A stretch of DNA of 64,000 nucleotides from Blastocystis sp. Blastoise. Lineage: Eukaryota; Protista; Bigyra: Opalinata. Below are positions 19,701 through 37,307 of this stretch, in pieces; position 1 is the stretch's first letter; every line of letters begins with the position of its first letter. Both the position numbers and the translations under genes were made by a program. Under the pieces are notes generated by a model. It had not been told where the DNA came from. It searched no databases and worked only from the letters and a program-made list of their open reading frames with translations. Location of the stretch: the NCBI GenBank assembly GCA_039096225.1, contig JBBPEB010000024.1, forward strand, positions 682,001 to 746,000, in the 5' to 3' direction.

Positions 19701-22094
19701 AATATCTTCAAATAGTATAATAGAATATATACAATTATTCTTTAAATTATATGAGATAGAAATAAATATTATTGATATATATGATCTTCTTTTTACATTA
19801 TTTTCTGGTAAAAAAACTATAAAACAAGTGTTTACGTCTTATTCGATAAATCCATGTATATATATCTATTCTATATTATATTCTATATTATATTAATTTA
19901 TATCATATATAATATGCATAATATTATTTTATATGTATAATCTATATTATATAAATTTATATCATATATAATCTATATAGTTTTTGTTGATTATTTATAT
20001 CCATTTATTGGTTCTTTAACAAGATATTTGGAATGTTTTCCTTCTTATATACATGGTATTGCTCATTATTTATTGCTTTATTACTCTCCAGATGAGGTCA
20101 TTGTAAACGATAATTGTATTGTAAATTCTATTAGAAGAGTTACAAAGAATAATGAAATAATCATAGATTATATAAAGCATGTTTTACAGATAAATAAACA
20201 GACTCTATCAAATCATGATATAGATATATTATCACATCATTCGCTTATTATTAAACCAAGAAATCTAATTAAAGAATTCATTGATTATTTATTTTGTCAA
20301 TTTCCTCTTGGAAATAATGAAGGTATATATTAGATTTATTATGTTTACATATATATATGTTATTTGAAGTATTATGTTTATTGTATTGTATTTTTCTCAT
20401 TATTATGATATATGTTTACGAAAGTTTATAATAATACTATTTATTATTATCTATATAGAAATGACAATATTATTATATAAGCATTTCAAAGAATTATATC
20501 CACTTATATATATAAATAATAAATTAATTATATTACTTCAATTAATGATATTTATTCGATATAAGACATGTTGTATATATATTGTTCTTTTCTATTATAT
20601 TATAAATATTTTGTAAATATATTAATATTGATTATAAGCTATTTATATTTTTATAGTAAATCCATTATTTGTTCAAATTCAAGAGAATAAAACAAGTATT
20701 ATATATATATATAAATCCTATTGAATATTTTATATATATAGTTGATAGTGATATATCCTGTTTTTTTAATTATGCAAGAAAATGGGAGAGACGTGATGTA
20801 TGTATATATGAAGAAATACCATTTGAAGAAGAAATCACTAATATGTTATTAGAACAAGGAGTATGTTTTTATTCATCATTATTGTATTATAATATTATTA
20901 TATATATGAATATATATATGTAGATTGAATATACAGTTCAACAATTATCAATTCCATTCATGAGATCTCTATGTATATATATTATATATATATAAATCTA
21001 TATATATATATAGATCTATTAAATATTATTCTTTCTCCTTCTTTTATTCCTTCTTCTGATATTTCTATTCCTACTTCCTTCTCTTCTTTATATACATCCT
21101 TATCTCTTTCTTCTTCTCCTTCTCTCTCCTCTTTACTTGAAAAACAACCCTGTGAATATACTATTGAAGAAATATTAAATATTATTAATTTTAATGTATT
21201 AAAGTATGTATTATATATTCTTTACTACTATTATTATCTTTATTATAAATTTTATTAAATAGGTTATTTGAAATTCCTGATTATTTCTTTATTTTAAGTT
21301 TTGATCTGAATTTCAAACTATGTGAATATCCACTTCTCAAAAAACTAGTATAAAAATATATAATTTTTCTATCTATATACATATATAGTTTTATTTACCT
21401 AAAAATGAATTAGAAAATATTTCTTATAATTATACATGTGACCAGTGTAATAGTAAAGATGCAAAGCATATATGTATATGTATTGCTTGTGGTCAAGCTG
21501 TATATTTTTATACTTATTATTATGAAGTTATTTTGATGTTTTAACATATATGATTGGATATTTATATTTTTTTATTCAACCATTACTTCTAAAATATTAA
21601 AAAATCTTGAATAATTATATATTGTTATTTCTTTATTATTATTAGTATTTTAATATATTTATTATATTTGTTATAGATATGTTTCTTTGCAAAACAAAAA
21701 AGAGATTGTATGAAACAATATTTAAAAAATAATAATAACTTTTGCCATTGTAGTATTTTCATTCAATTATATACTGGTACTATATATTATTTTGGAAGAG
21801 AAGATTGGTATATAATCTTGGGTAACTTGTATGTAATAAATATATATATGTTTTTTTACCAAACATTTATATATATATATATTATATATTATAAAAAATG
21901 TTTCAAATATAGTTATTAGAATATATATATATAGAAATGATTTATCTCATTCTTTGTTATTAAAAGATATAAATATAGAGAATAAGAATGAAATAAAAAT
22001 AAAAGAAATAGCAATACGAGAAATTACTTCACTTTTAAATACAAATGATATCAGTAATCGAAAGAAATATACAGAAAGAATGTACATATTATAA
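11816..22094 (+). CDS. UBR-box (N-recognin, UBR1/2/3-like) E3 ubiquitin ligase, many introns
   Basis: N-terminal UBR zinc finger (CDYYIDEGDTVYIC...FCKKCW...H.GHNY...FCDCG...FCQNH); split RING-like motif (CSLC ~16250, SCNHLFHFKC ~16735, KCPLC ~16855); C-terminal Cys cluster (CDQC...CIACG...CHCSIFIQL...LY) typical of UBR1-family C-termini. Confidence 0.8.
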
Positions 22095-22432
22095 ATTAAT
22101 ATTTTTTATTGTTATTTATATATTCAATAGTATTTTTTGTTAATTCTCTGTATTGTTATAAGTATATATTTCGTTTATTACATATTTGTTTAATATATAT
22201 TTTAAGTCCTTTTAATATGATAAATAATAAAATGGATATATAAACAAATAAAAACAACAAACAAAAAATAATTATAAAACAATATTTGTTTATTTACAAG
22301 AAAACAAAAGTTGAATATTAGAAAAATGAACTAAAATAATATATATATATATATATAAAAATTAATAAACTACATACAATCAATAATTTAAAAATATAAA
22401 TACAACATAACAATAATATATATATAATAAAA

Positions 22433-24223
22433 TTATATTGGTTTTCCCCAAACTTCATAATCATCAACTAAAAAGTTATTTTTCACTTGAAATGAATCAG
22501 TATTAACAAATAAAGCACTTTTTTGAAATGTATTTACTTCAGCAAATGATTTAGCAATGCAATAAGATCGAGTATTATTATTACATTGATTTGAAATAAA
22601 TATTTCATGTGTTTTATACCCAAAACGAGGACCAAAAGTAGAATTATCATATTGCTTTCTATTACTATTATCACGACCTTTATTACCTTCATAACGTTTA
22701 TTATTAATAAAATTATATTTAGTAGGAGGAATATCATGCTCATTACTTAGTGTAAAGATAAATCCACCATAACATAAATTGTCTATATATATATAGAAAG
22801 TATTATATGTTATATATATATATATATATATATAGAGAAAGAGAGAATAAGAGATAGATTATTATATGTTATATATATAATATATATATATATATACCAT
22901 CTGAATCAGCCCAATCTTGATCAGTATATCCTCCAAATATATTAATGTGACTATTATGACCTATATGCTTAATAAATACTACTGTTTCTCCTTTATTATC
23001 ACAATATCTATGGAATTCTTTTGCAGAATAAAAATGATCACTTGCTCTAAATAATATATAATATATAATATATAATATATAATATATAATATATAATATA
23101 TAATATATAATATATAATATATAATATATAATATATAATATATAATATATAATATATAATATATAATATATAAAAAATAACAAATATATATATACCTAAA
23201 TAATAGTTTCCATTTTGTATCTTTTCCAAGCCAATTCATTAAAGAGTTTTCATAAGTTTTTTTCTCTATAATTTCAGATTCACTAAATATAGTTGGTTTT
23301 CCCGCTATTGCTTCTTTTACAGCGTTTATTCCATTATTGCCAAATATACTATACATTTCATTCTCTAATAAAGTTAATGTTTCATCAGTAAATGTATTTT
23401 CTTCAATACTCATATATCCATTCTTTATATAATCATTAATATAATCAATATATTTATAATTCATATTCATATATAATCTATTTTTCTTTTCATCAAAATC
23501 AACATAACCATTACAATAATTCTGAATATAGGATCTCCATAACCCATGATTCTTCAAATAATCGCGAATATCTTTATTCTTATATTTATTAACATAAAGA
23601 GTAACTTTATCACCATCTTCATATTTTTTAGAATTATTAACACGAAGAGAACATCTCACTAGTTCTTCAGGAATAGGTAATTCACAAAAACGAAATAAAT
23701 CTAATAATTCCATCTGATCATTAGGTTGTAATTGATCTATATTAATCGATTTGTTCATCAATGAATCGATTAGTAAAGGTGCATATATATCACCAGAAGG
23801 AAAATCTAAATAAATAGTACCATATTTTGTTCGTTGATCTTCTTGAGATAATTCTAAAATATAACTACCAAATAAACTATTAACAACTTTTTTTGGAAGT
23901 GAATATAAAACATCACTACCAGTAAATTGAATGTAATCCATATCATTATCTTCATCTAGTTCTATTTCATCATTAGATTTCGGAATATATGAAGGTTCTT
24001 GAATAATTATTTTTGAATTATTCTCTTCACTTATCTCATTCAAATCTCCATTATTTAAATAATTGCTCAATAATCCATTGATTGAATCACCAGAATGAAT
24101 ACAAAAGCTTATTGATTTACTTAAGATTCCAATTAAATCACTAATCAATCTTTCAAAGTGAATCACATCATTTTGAATATTGCTTATCTTATTCATATCA
24201 AAATGAACTTTTTCTTTCACCAT
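22433..24223 (-). CDS. BTB-like + single TLDc-domain protein (paralog B3)
   Basis: MVKEKVHFD start; GTIYLDFP; WKLLF/RASDH...FHRYCDNKGET...IFGGYTDQ...DDYEVWGKPI stop; same intron positions as B2. Confidence 0.88.
23050..23171. repeat. (ATAATAT)n 7-mer tandem repeat in an intron
   Basis: Direct reading; produces the YIIYYIL pseudo-peptides. Confidence 0.9.
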
Positions 24224-24266
24224 TTCGTTTTTGTTCTAACTCAATATGAAATGAAAAAATAAATTA

Positions 24267-24785
24267 AAGTCCCTGGAAAAAACCGGTCCTCTGGAAAAAA
24301 CCGGTCCATTTTTTTTTAATGTTATTTTCATGTAAATAATAATTTTTTAACGGCAAAAAAATATATAACCACGATTTTTAAATTTTTTTTGTTTTATACA
24401 CAGTTTTATCAGCAACATCATTAATATGCGAGTCATCTATATTTCCTTCCATCACTTTTGCAGCACATACCATGATAATAGTTGATTGTCACTTCAACCT
24501 GACTTAAATTGACTTATCGAGAATAAATAAGATTACACTGTCAAAATATAATATTATATCGCAGATTTTGGTGATAATTACCACATAACAATTCTGTCAA
24601 GTGATATGGGAAGTGGATGACATATATAGTAATGATTATATAAACAAAAATGTTTATAAAACAAAAAAAATGAAAAATCGTGGTTATTTTGTTTTTGTGG
24701 TTAAAAAAAACCGTATTTACATGAAAATAACATAAAAAAAAAATGGACCGGTTTTTTCCAGAGGACCGGTTTTTTCCAGGGACTT
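24267..24785. mobile_element. MITE / foldback element with long TIRs and TA flanks (Tc1/mariner-type)
   Basis: TA|AAGTCCCTGGAAAAAACCGGTCCTCTGGAAAAAACCGGTCCA...TGGACCGGTTTTTTCCAGAGGACCGGTTTTTTCCAGGGACTT|TA; imperfect inverted arms extend ~190 bp; no coding capacity. Confidence 0.85.
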
Positions 24786-25106
24786 TATTTGTATAAAGAA
24801 TCATCAAGCAATAACTCCTAAGAAGAAGTTATTAATCATCATAAAAAATAAAATTCCCCTGATTATTTCAAGTTTCTCGTTTCTATGTTTCTTCAAAATG
24901 AAATACAAACTTTTTTTAAAAACAAGTTTCATTTTTTCTATGCTTTTATTAAAATTCATAAAACATATGCATTTTATTTATAGAATATAGGTTTGTTCGT
25001 ATATTATTGTTGATCATTTTTTTATAAAATACGTATTCTTTATGTCATTCTACCATTTGCATTTCTTTTATAGTCCTTTTCGTTGTAAATAAGTTTGTTC
25101 AACAAT

Positions 25107-29485
<4,379 letters not shown>

Positions 29486-30586
29486 TAGATTAATAAACAT
29501 TATGTAATATTATCTATATATATTTTGTAATATGTTTATATTTAAATACATTAACTATTTCTTATATATTTGGTTATTATAATACAATTGCTTGTCTTTC
29601 TTTAAATATATATTTTATCATCCATACAAAAAATGTTAGTTACTTTTTTTATTTCATTATGGTCCATTTATTATATATTTTTTTATTTTTATTTTTTATA
29701 TTTAAAAAAAAATTCTCTTAATTTATTCTTGCCTTTATTTTTACTACTATTCGATAAATAATAATTCAAATTTCAACTTTTTTTATATTTTTATTTACTT
29801 AGCTAATAAATTTACACAAAACATTAAGATGATTAACAAAATCAAATAAAAACAAACTAATCAAATTTTTTACTCATTTTCATAATTATCGTTTATATCA
29901 TAAACATAATAATTTCTTTATTCAACAAAACAAACAATATATTTTTCTAAAAATCGATCACTTGTTTTATAAAATTTACATAAATTATTCTTATATATGA
30001 TGGTACATTTGATATATATTGAATTTGAAATTAACTTTATCAGTATTAATTACTTTTATCATTCTGTTTTTGACGTAATAAAAGTATATAATTCAATTTT
30101 TATCATTGCCAAAAAACTATATGAAAATATTCATTTGGCGTTTTGTTTTGTGAAAAAAGAAAATATTGACTCGTTTTATATTGTATATTTTTGAATTTAC
30201 TTTTATTCATTTATTATTTTTGATAAAAAAAAATAGAATTATTATAAATTTGATATAATATAATGATATATTATAAGCTGTTTAGAAATATCGAAAAAGT
30301 AGGAATAAGATCGAGAAAAAATAATTATTATTTTTAAATATTTTTTAAATGATAACAAATACTTAATAAAAACATTTTAAGAATAAAAAATAATGAATAA
30401 ATTATTCAAGATTAGTCTTTGAAATAATTAAAAAAAATAATAATAATAAAATATCATAAAGTGAATCAGAATTCTTAAAAATCTATTTGAATTGAAATTA
30501 GAATTATAAACATCAAATTTTATATTTATTTAATAATAAATTCATCATCATTTATAATAATTATTTAAAGAATCATCAATTATAAT

Positions 30587-31603
30587 TAGAGCGGTTCAAA
30601 AGTTTCGACAAAAATTGCGAAAAAGTTGTGACAATTTTTAAACATTATTTTTATAAACAAAACTAATTTTTAATAAAGAAAACATAAATAAAGCATATAA
30701 AATACAAATTATAAATTAATAAAGAAAAAATTTAATCAAGATTGATCTCTGAAACATTACTAAAAGTAAATAAATTATCAAAAGAAATTGATAAAATATC
30801 ATCAAGAGAATCAGATAAAACACTATTTGAATTGAAATTTGTACTTTTTTCTTCATTTTCATGTTCATTTGATAATATTTCATTATCATCTATAATTGTC
30901 ATTGAAGAATCATTAATTGTAGTATCTATTTCATCTTCAATAATAATTGAATTATTTTGAATTGAAACATTATCTGTTTGTGGATTCATATAGAAAAATA
31001 AATCTCTAAACAAATTATCATCAGAATAACCAAATTTATTCTTTGTAAATAAAATATTCATAAAAGAGAAATATCATTCTACACTAACAGTAGTAGAAGG
31101 TAATTGAAGAATGAAAGGAATTATTTTAGAAATAGAAGGAATTTGTTTAAGAAGAGGAAAATAGAATTTTATCATTTGTTCTTTACTTATCATATTTTGA
31201 GGAAAACATTCATTTTATTTCTTTTCAATATCTATAAAATCTTTCAATTTTGAAACACATAATAAATAATCTTTCTTTTCAATATTTAAAAATAAAGATA
31301 AAGTGAAAGAAGGAAATGAAGAAGACATTAAGAAAGGATTGAAATATTTTACTTCATTATAAAATATCATTTGTTTCTTATTCATTGTTTTGATTTCTTT
31401 CAATTTTAATAATGTATTCGTAAAACCTATTTAATATAAATAATAATAATAATAATAATAAATATACTTTTCTTATATTCTTGAATAAATGAAGATTGAA
31501 CATTTGATAAATTATTTTCTTCACATATTTCATTCACTATCATAATTATATTATCTTTTGAATTCTTCAATTCTTCTTCAATTCCATCTATCAAACTAGA
31601 AAC
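30587..31603 (-). pseudogene. Inverted 3' fragment of the hAT element (TIR + transposase C-terminus)
   Basis: TIR TAGAGCGGTTCAAAAG at 30587; the ERSFS motif is mutated to E*YFS; cut off at 31603 by another TIR. Confidence 0.85.
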
Positions 31604-33301
31604 TAGAGCGGTTCAAAAATTGCGACAAAAGTTGCGACAAGTTGCGACAAAAGTTGCGAAAAAGTTACGACAAGTTGCGACAGCTGTGACACATTTTATA
31701 TGTTATTTGTAAGCCATATATTTATTATATTTTATATTTAAATTAGAGCGGTTCAAAAGTTGCGACAAATCGAGTTGCGACAAATTTCACAACTTGTCGC
31801 AACTTGTCGCAATTTGTCGCAACTTTTTTTAACCAAGAATAATGGCGAGAGTACCGTGAATATTTTATTAATTTGGCAACTAAAAAAGACTTGTTTAAAA
31901 AATAGATTCAGTGTCGCAATTTGTCACAACTTTGTCACAACTTTTCATTTAAACATATATTCAATTAATATTTTATATAATAGAATATTTCATTATATGA
32001 ATTAAGTAGTGATGAATACATTTACAAAATTTCATTTTATAAAAATGAGAAGATCATATGAAATGAATTAAAGAAAGAATTCAAAATATTTTGAACAATT
32101 TTTTTCCAGTCAAAAATTTGATTTATTTACGGGATAAAACTATTTTTGACTCATTTTTGAAATTCAATTTTTTAATGACAATTCAAATGAATTTCAATTT
32201 TATTTTCTTCGCATTATTTATCCATTTTCAATTGAAATCATATTTTGTATTATTTATAGTATTTAATAATGTGAATGATTTCATTAATACATTGATTTTA
32301 AACCATTTTGAACTGAATTTATTTTTATCAGCTCATTTTATCATCTAATTAAGATTATTATATTTATAATTGATTCTTAATTATCATATAGATACATATT
32401 TATATCATAATGATTCATTATATGATGTTTAAGGAAGAATGTTAAAAATTGAATTTTGATGAAATGAAATTATTTGAATATATATGTTATCAATAGCTCA
32501 TTATTAGCTCATTATGAAGAAATGAATCATTTTAAAAATACTTTTATACTTAATGAGTTCATTTTGTCTTCAATGAAGCTTTTATGACATTCAATTCTTC
32601 ACTTTTTATATTTAATAACATTATTTTGATAATATAAAAATAATATAATACTTTAAAAATCGTTAAAAGATTGTTAAAATGATTAAAATAAGTATATTTA
32701 TCTAATGAATTTTTCTTATGAATTTCAAAAATTTCATTTTTTTAGTGTTTAAAACGCTTATTAAGGTTATTAAACTTATTATTAATTTATTTAAAAATTA
32801 TTTATGTAATCATCATGAAAATATCTTTATAATTATATATTTAAATATATAATATAATAAATATATGACTTACAAATGAGATATAAAAAGTGTCACTACT
32901 GTCTTAACTTGTCTTAACTTTTGTCGCAACTTTTGAACCGCTCTATCTATGACATTCAATTTTTCACTTTTTATATTTAATAACATTATTCTTATAATAT
33001 AAAAATAATATAATATTTTTAAAATCGTTAAAAGATTGTTAAAATGATTAAAATAACGATATTTATAGAATAAATTTGACTTTAAAAATTCAATTTTTAG
33101 TGTTTAAAACGCTTATTAAGAGTATTAAACTTATTTTTAATTTATTTAAAAATTATTTATGTAATCATCATGTAAATCTGTCTATAATTATATATTTAAA
33201 TATATAATATAATAAATATATGGCTTACAAATGAGATATAAAAAGTGTCGCAACTTTGTCGCAACTTGTCGCAACTTTTTCGCAACTTTTGAACCGCTCT
33301 A
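31604..33301. mobile_element. Nested non-autonomous hAT ends/derivative
   Basis: TAGAGCGGTTCAAAA at 31604 and 31744; reverse complement ending at 32945 and 33301; subterminal GTTGCGACAA repeats; ~360-bp tandem duplication of one end (32581-32945 and 32946-33301). Confidence 0.85.
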
Positions 33302-33304
33302 GAT

Positions 33305-35217
33305 ATGCATATCTCTAATATGAATTCATTCATGAAAGAAAAGTCTGCTATTGTATCTTCTGTAAAGAAAACTAATATAAAAAATAGAATTATTGAATCT
33401 AATGTGAATTATGTAAGATTTGAAAAATTGATAGAATTATTTTTAGAAGAATGTATTCCTATTAATAAATTCAAGAAACCTCAATTTAGAATGAATTTGA
33501 AAAATATATTTGAAATGAATAATAATAATATACCTTGTTATAATACTATTCAAAAACGAATTATTCCTAAATTATATGATGAACGTCTTCAATATGTAAA
33601 AATGAATTTAGATAAATGTCCTCTAGCTGTTCTATGTGATTCTTCTACTTCAGATGCTGGTTCTAATTATTTATCAATAATCGTAAGAAGATTGAATTCT
33701 TTCAATTTGAATGAACCTTTCTACTTAATAAACTTGAAAAGAATGGAAAATCAAAAATCAAATAATTTTCTTTCTATCATTCAAGATACATTAGAAGAAT
33801 GGAATATTAAAAGAAAACAATTTAAATCGTTTCATACAGATAACTGTAATACTATGCGAAATGCTGGTAATAATTATGAATCGATTTTTTGTGATGGAAT
33901 TTATTGTGGATGTTTTATGCATATGATTAATTTAGTAGCTGAAAAACTAAAAGATGGTTTTATTAATACGAAATCATTTATTAATCTCATTAATTCATCA
34001 TTTCGTTTCTTTAGAAAGAAAAATGATTTATGGTTATCCTTTTTAAAGATAAATAATATTCCTTCGTCTTCTTTCTTTTCTTATTTAAAGAAACACGATG
34101 GATATCTTGGTATAAATCTTTAAGATATATTTTGAAATATTTTAAATATTTGAAATCATTCTATGAATATTTAGAAACATTGGATATGTTAAGTGAAAAA
34201 GATAAAGAAATATTGAATATTCTTCAAGATAATCAATTATCTTCTTCTTTACAAATCGAAATGTCGATTCTTTTGAAGAGTGGAATAATGTTTGAAAAAA
34301 TATTAAAATTATTATCCAATGATAATTTTCAATGTTGTAATGTTTCTAGTTTGATAGATGGAATTGAAGAAGAATCGAATAATTCAAAAGATAATATAAT
34401 TATGATAGTGAATGAAATATGTGAAGAAAATAATTTATCAAATGTTCAATCTTCATTTATTCAAGAATATAAGAAAAGTATATTTATTATTTATTATTCA
34501 TTTATTATTTTATATTATATAGGTTTTACGAATACATTATTAAAATTGAAAGAAATCAAAACAATGAATAAGAAACAAATGATATTTTATAATGAAGTAA
34601 AATATTTCAATCCTTTCTTGATGTCTTCTTCTTTTCCTTCTTCCACTTCATCTGAATTTACAAATATAGAAAAGAAAGATTATTTATTATGTGTTTCAAA
34701 AATGAAATATTTTATTGATAATGAGAAGAAATAAAATGAATGTTTTACTCACAATATGGTAAGTAAAGAACAAATGATAAAATTCTATTTTCCTCTTCTT
34801 AAACAAATTCCTTCTATTTCTAAAATAATTCCTTTCATTCTTCAATTACCTTCTACTACTGTTAGTGTAGAAAGATCTTTCTCTTTTATGAATATTTTAT
34901 TTATAAAGAAGAAATTTGGTTATTCTGATGATAATTTATTTCGAGATTTATTTTTCTATATGAATCCACAAACAGATAATGTTTCAATTCAAAATAATTC
35001 AATTATTATTGAAGATGAAATAGATACTACAATTAATGATTCTTCAATGACAATTATAGATGATAATGAAATATTATCAAATGAACATGAAAATGAAGAA
35101 AAAAGTACAAATTTCAATTCAAATAGTGTTTTATCTGATTCTCTTGATGATATTTTATCAATTTCTTTTGATAATTTATTTACTTTTAGTAATGTTTCAG
35201 AGATCAATCTTGATTAA
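33305..35217 (+). pseudogene. hAT-superfamily transposase, 5'-truncated, with frameshift and in-frame stop
   Basis: LCDSS (D), HTDN (D), CFMHMINL (CxxH), ETRWISW after a frameshift near 34080, one intron ~34479-34522, TAA at 34732, LPSTTVSVERSFS (catalytic E / dimerisation domain); TIR ends at 35362; no N-terminal BED finger. Confidence 0.88.
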
Positions 35218-36409
35218 ATTTTTTCTTTATTAATTTATAATTTGTATTTTATATGCTTTATTTATGTTTTCTTTATTAAAAATTAGTTTTGTTTATAAAA
35301 ATAATGTTTAAAAATTGTCACAACTTTTTCGCAATTTTTGTCGAAACTTTTGAACCGCTCTAATTATAATTGATGATTCTTTAAATAATTATTATAAATG
35401 ATGATGAATTTATTATTAAATAAATATAAAATTTGATGTTTATAATTCTAATTTCAATTCAAATAGATTTTTAAGAATTCTGATTCACTTTATGATATTT
35501 TATTATTATTATTTTTTTTAATTATTTCAAAGACTAATCTTGAATAATTTATTCATTATTTTTTATTCTTAAAATGTTTTTATTAAGTATTTGTTATCAT
35601 TTAAAAAATATTTAAAAATAATAATTATTTTTTCTCAATCTTATTCCTACTTTTTCGATATTTCTAAACAGCTTATAATATATCATTATATTATATCAAA
35701 TTTATAATAATTCTATTTTTTTTTATCAAAAATAATAAATGAATAAAAGTAAATTAAATATATATATAAAAAACTAAACTGAAAACAATTTGTTTTGCTA
35801 CAAATTTTTATGACAACTACTTTGTGTTCATTCCATCTAATGATCTGAGAGGGCACTATTTATATGCTAACTATTTGTTAAGATTTCACGATTATTAAAA
35901 ATAATTTTTACAACTTTTAATAACTTCTTAACTCTTTTCAAAGAAACAGTACATTGTTCTTATAAAATGTTTAAAAAGGAAATTTTTGTTGATTCTTCCA
36001 ATAAATTAAGAAAAATGAATCTAAAATATATATATATTTTCTTTGTATATTAAATAATAGTAGTCAAATTGTAACATATTCATGTTACAACTACTTCAGG
36101 CTATCATTGTGTTTAATACAATTTTACAGAAATATTTGATATTTTAAATGAAACTCAGTAAATAGAATATAATAAATGTATTCACAATAAACAAAAAAAT
36201 ATATACTGCATATTAAATAATATAGTATACTTGTTATCACAATATACATTATGTTTATTGATTATTATTCAATTACTTTTATAATAAGCAAATACATTAT
36301 TTGTCAGTTTAACTAATAGAAATACTTAGAAGGTAAAAAAAAATAAAAAAAAATAATAATTGAATATAATAATATAAAAACATTAAATATGTATATATTT
36401 AGAAAAATA

Positions 36410-37275
36410 TTATTCCAAAATATTCTCGAGTTTATAATTTACATGATTTTCCTGAATAAATGAAGAATCCTTTAATTGTTGTTTATAGATATCAATTTGT
36501 TCATATGAAATACCTTCACCTAAATAATATAATATTGATATAAATAACTATAAAAATAACTATGTGCATACAGATGTTACAATCAAAATATTTCAATTGA
36601 GGGACTCTTCCAGTAGTTATAAACCCAATAAATTTTGATAATTGTTCTTGACTATAAATATATATTTTTAAACTTTTAATTTTTTGAGTTTTATTTTCGT
36701 TTATACAGTCGAGTAATGTTTCTATCTCAAATTTATTAATCAATTGATCTATATATATAAATGCATAATACATGAGTTTAACATATATATACATTTTGTA
36801 CCAACTAATGTATCTATACATGAATTAGTATCATATTTATATCGAAGAATAGAAGTATTAGGATTATATATATAATAATTATTATTAGAAACCATCGTAT
36901 CTATATAATAATAGCATTAATAAATATGAATATAATAATTATTAGTAACATACTGATTATTTGAATAATAGTTGATTTCGGAAAATTATTATTATTAATT
37001 TTTTCAAATAACTTTTGAATAAAAGAAACAGTCCGTTCTCTATAGCAACGTTTATCTATATATATAATAATAATAATAAAATAAATATAATCATTATATA
37101 ATAAAAAATATATATAAATATGAATGATATATAAAATAAAAATACTAATAGTATTAATATATACCAAGTTTGATATATTGTAATTGAGGGAAATTGGTAG
37201 TAGTATATAGTTCACAAAAGCGATCACCAAGTATATCCTGAATTATTATTGGAATGAAGTAGTATTTTAAAAATA

Positions 37276-37307
<32 letters not shown>

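Larger units (their letters stand above)
30194..35755. repeat. Large inverted duplication: 30194-31603 is the reverse complement of 34342-35755
   Basis: Near-identical C-terminal peptides on opposite strands (30732-31061 minus, 34756-35217 plus) and matching non-coding flanks out to AATTTAC/GTAAATT. Confidence 0.93.

Noticed and set aside
22250-22270. TGTTTGTT motif suggesting Blastocystis-type stop codons created by polyadenylation
   Set aside because: Every gene end examined has a genomic stop codon; isolated motifs are expected by chance in this composition.
31604-31950. GTTGCGACAA repeats resembling a CRISPR array or telomeric repeats
   Set aside because: No unique spacers; they are subterminal repeats next to hAT TIRs.
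34732-34734. In-frame TAA codons as evidence of stop-codon reassignment
   Set aside because: Conserved genes (CPS, RT, MFS) have no internal TAA and end in TAA; the cases occur only in decaying sequences.
30579-35370. ATTATAAT on both sides as an 8-bp target-site duplication of one composite element
   Set aside because: The 8-mer is palindromic and lies inside the longer inverted duplication, so it is not independent evidence.
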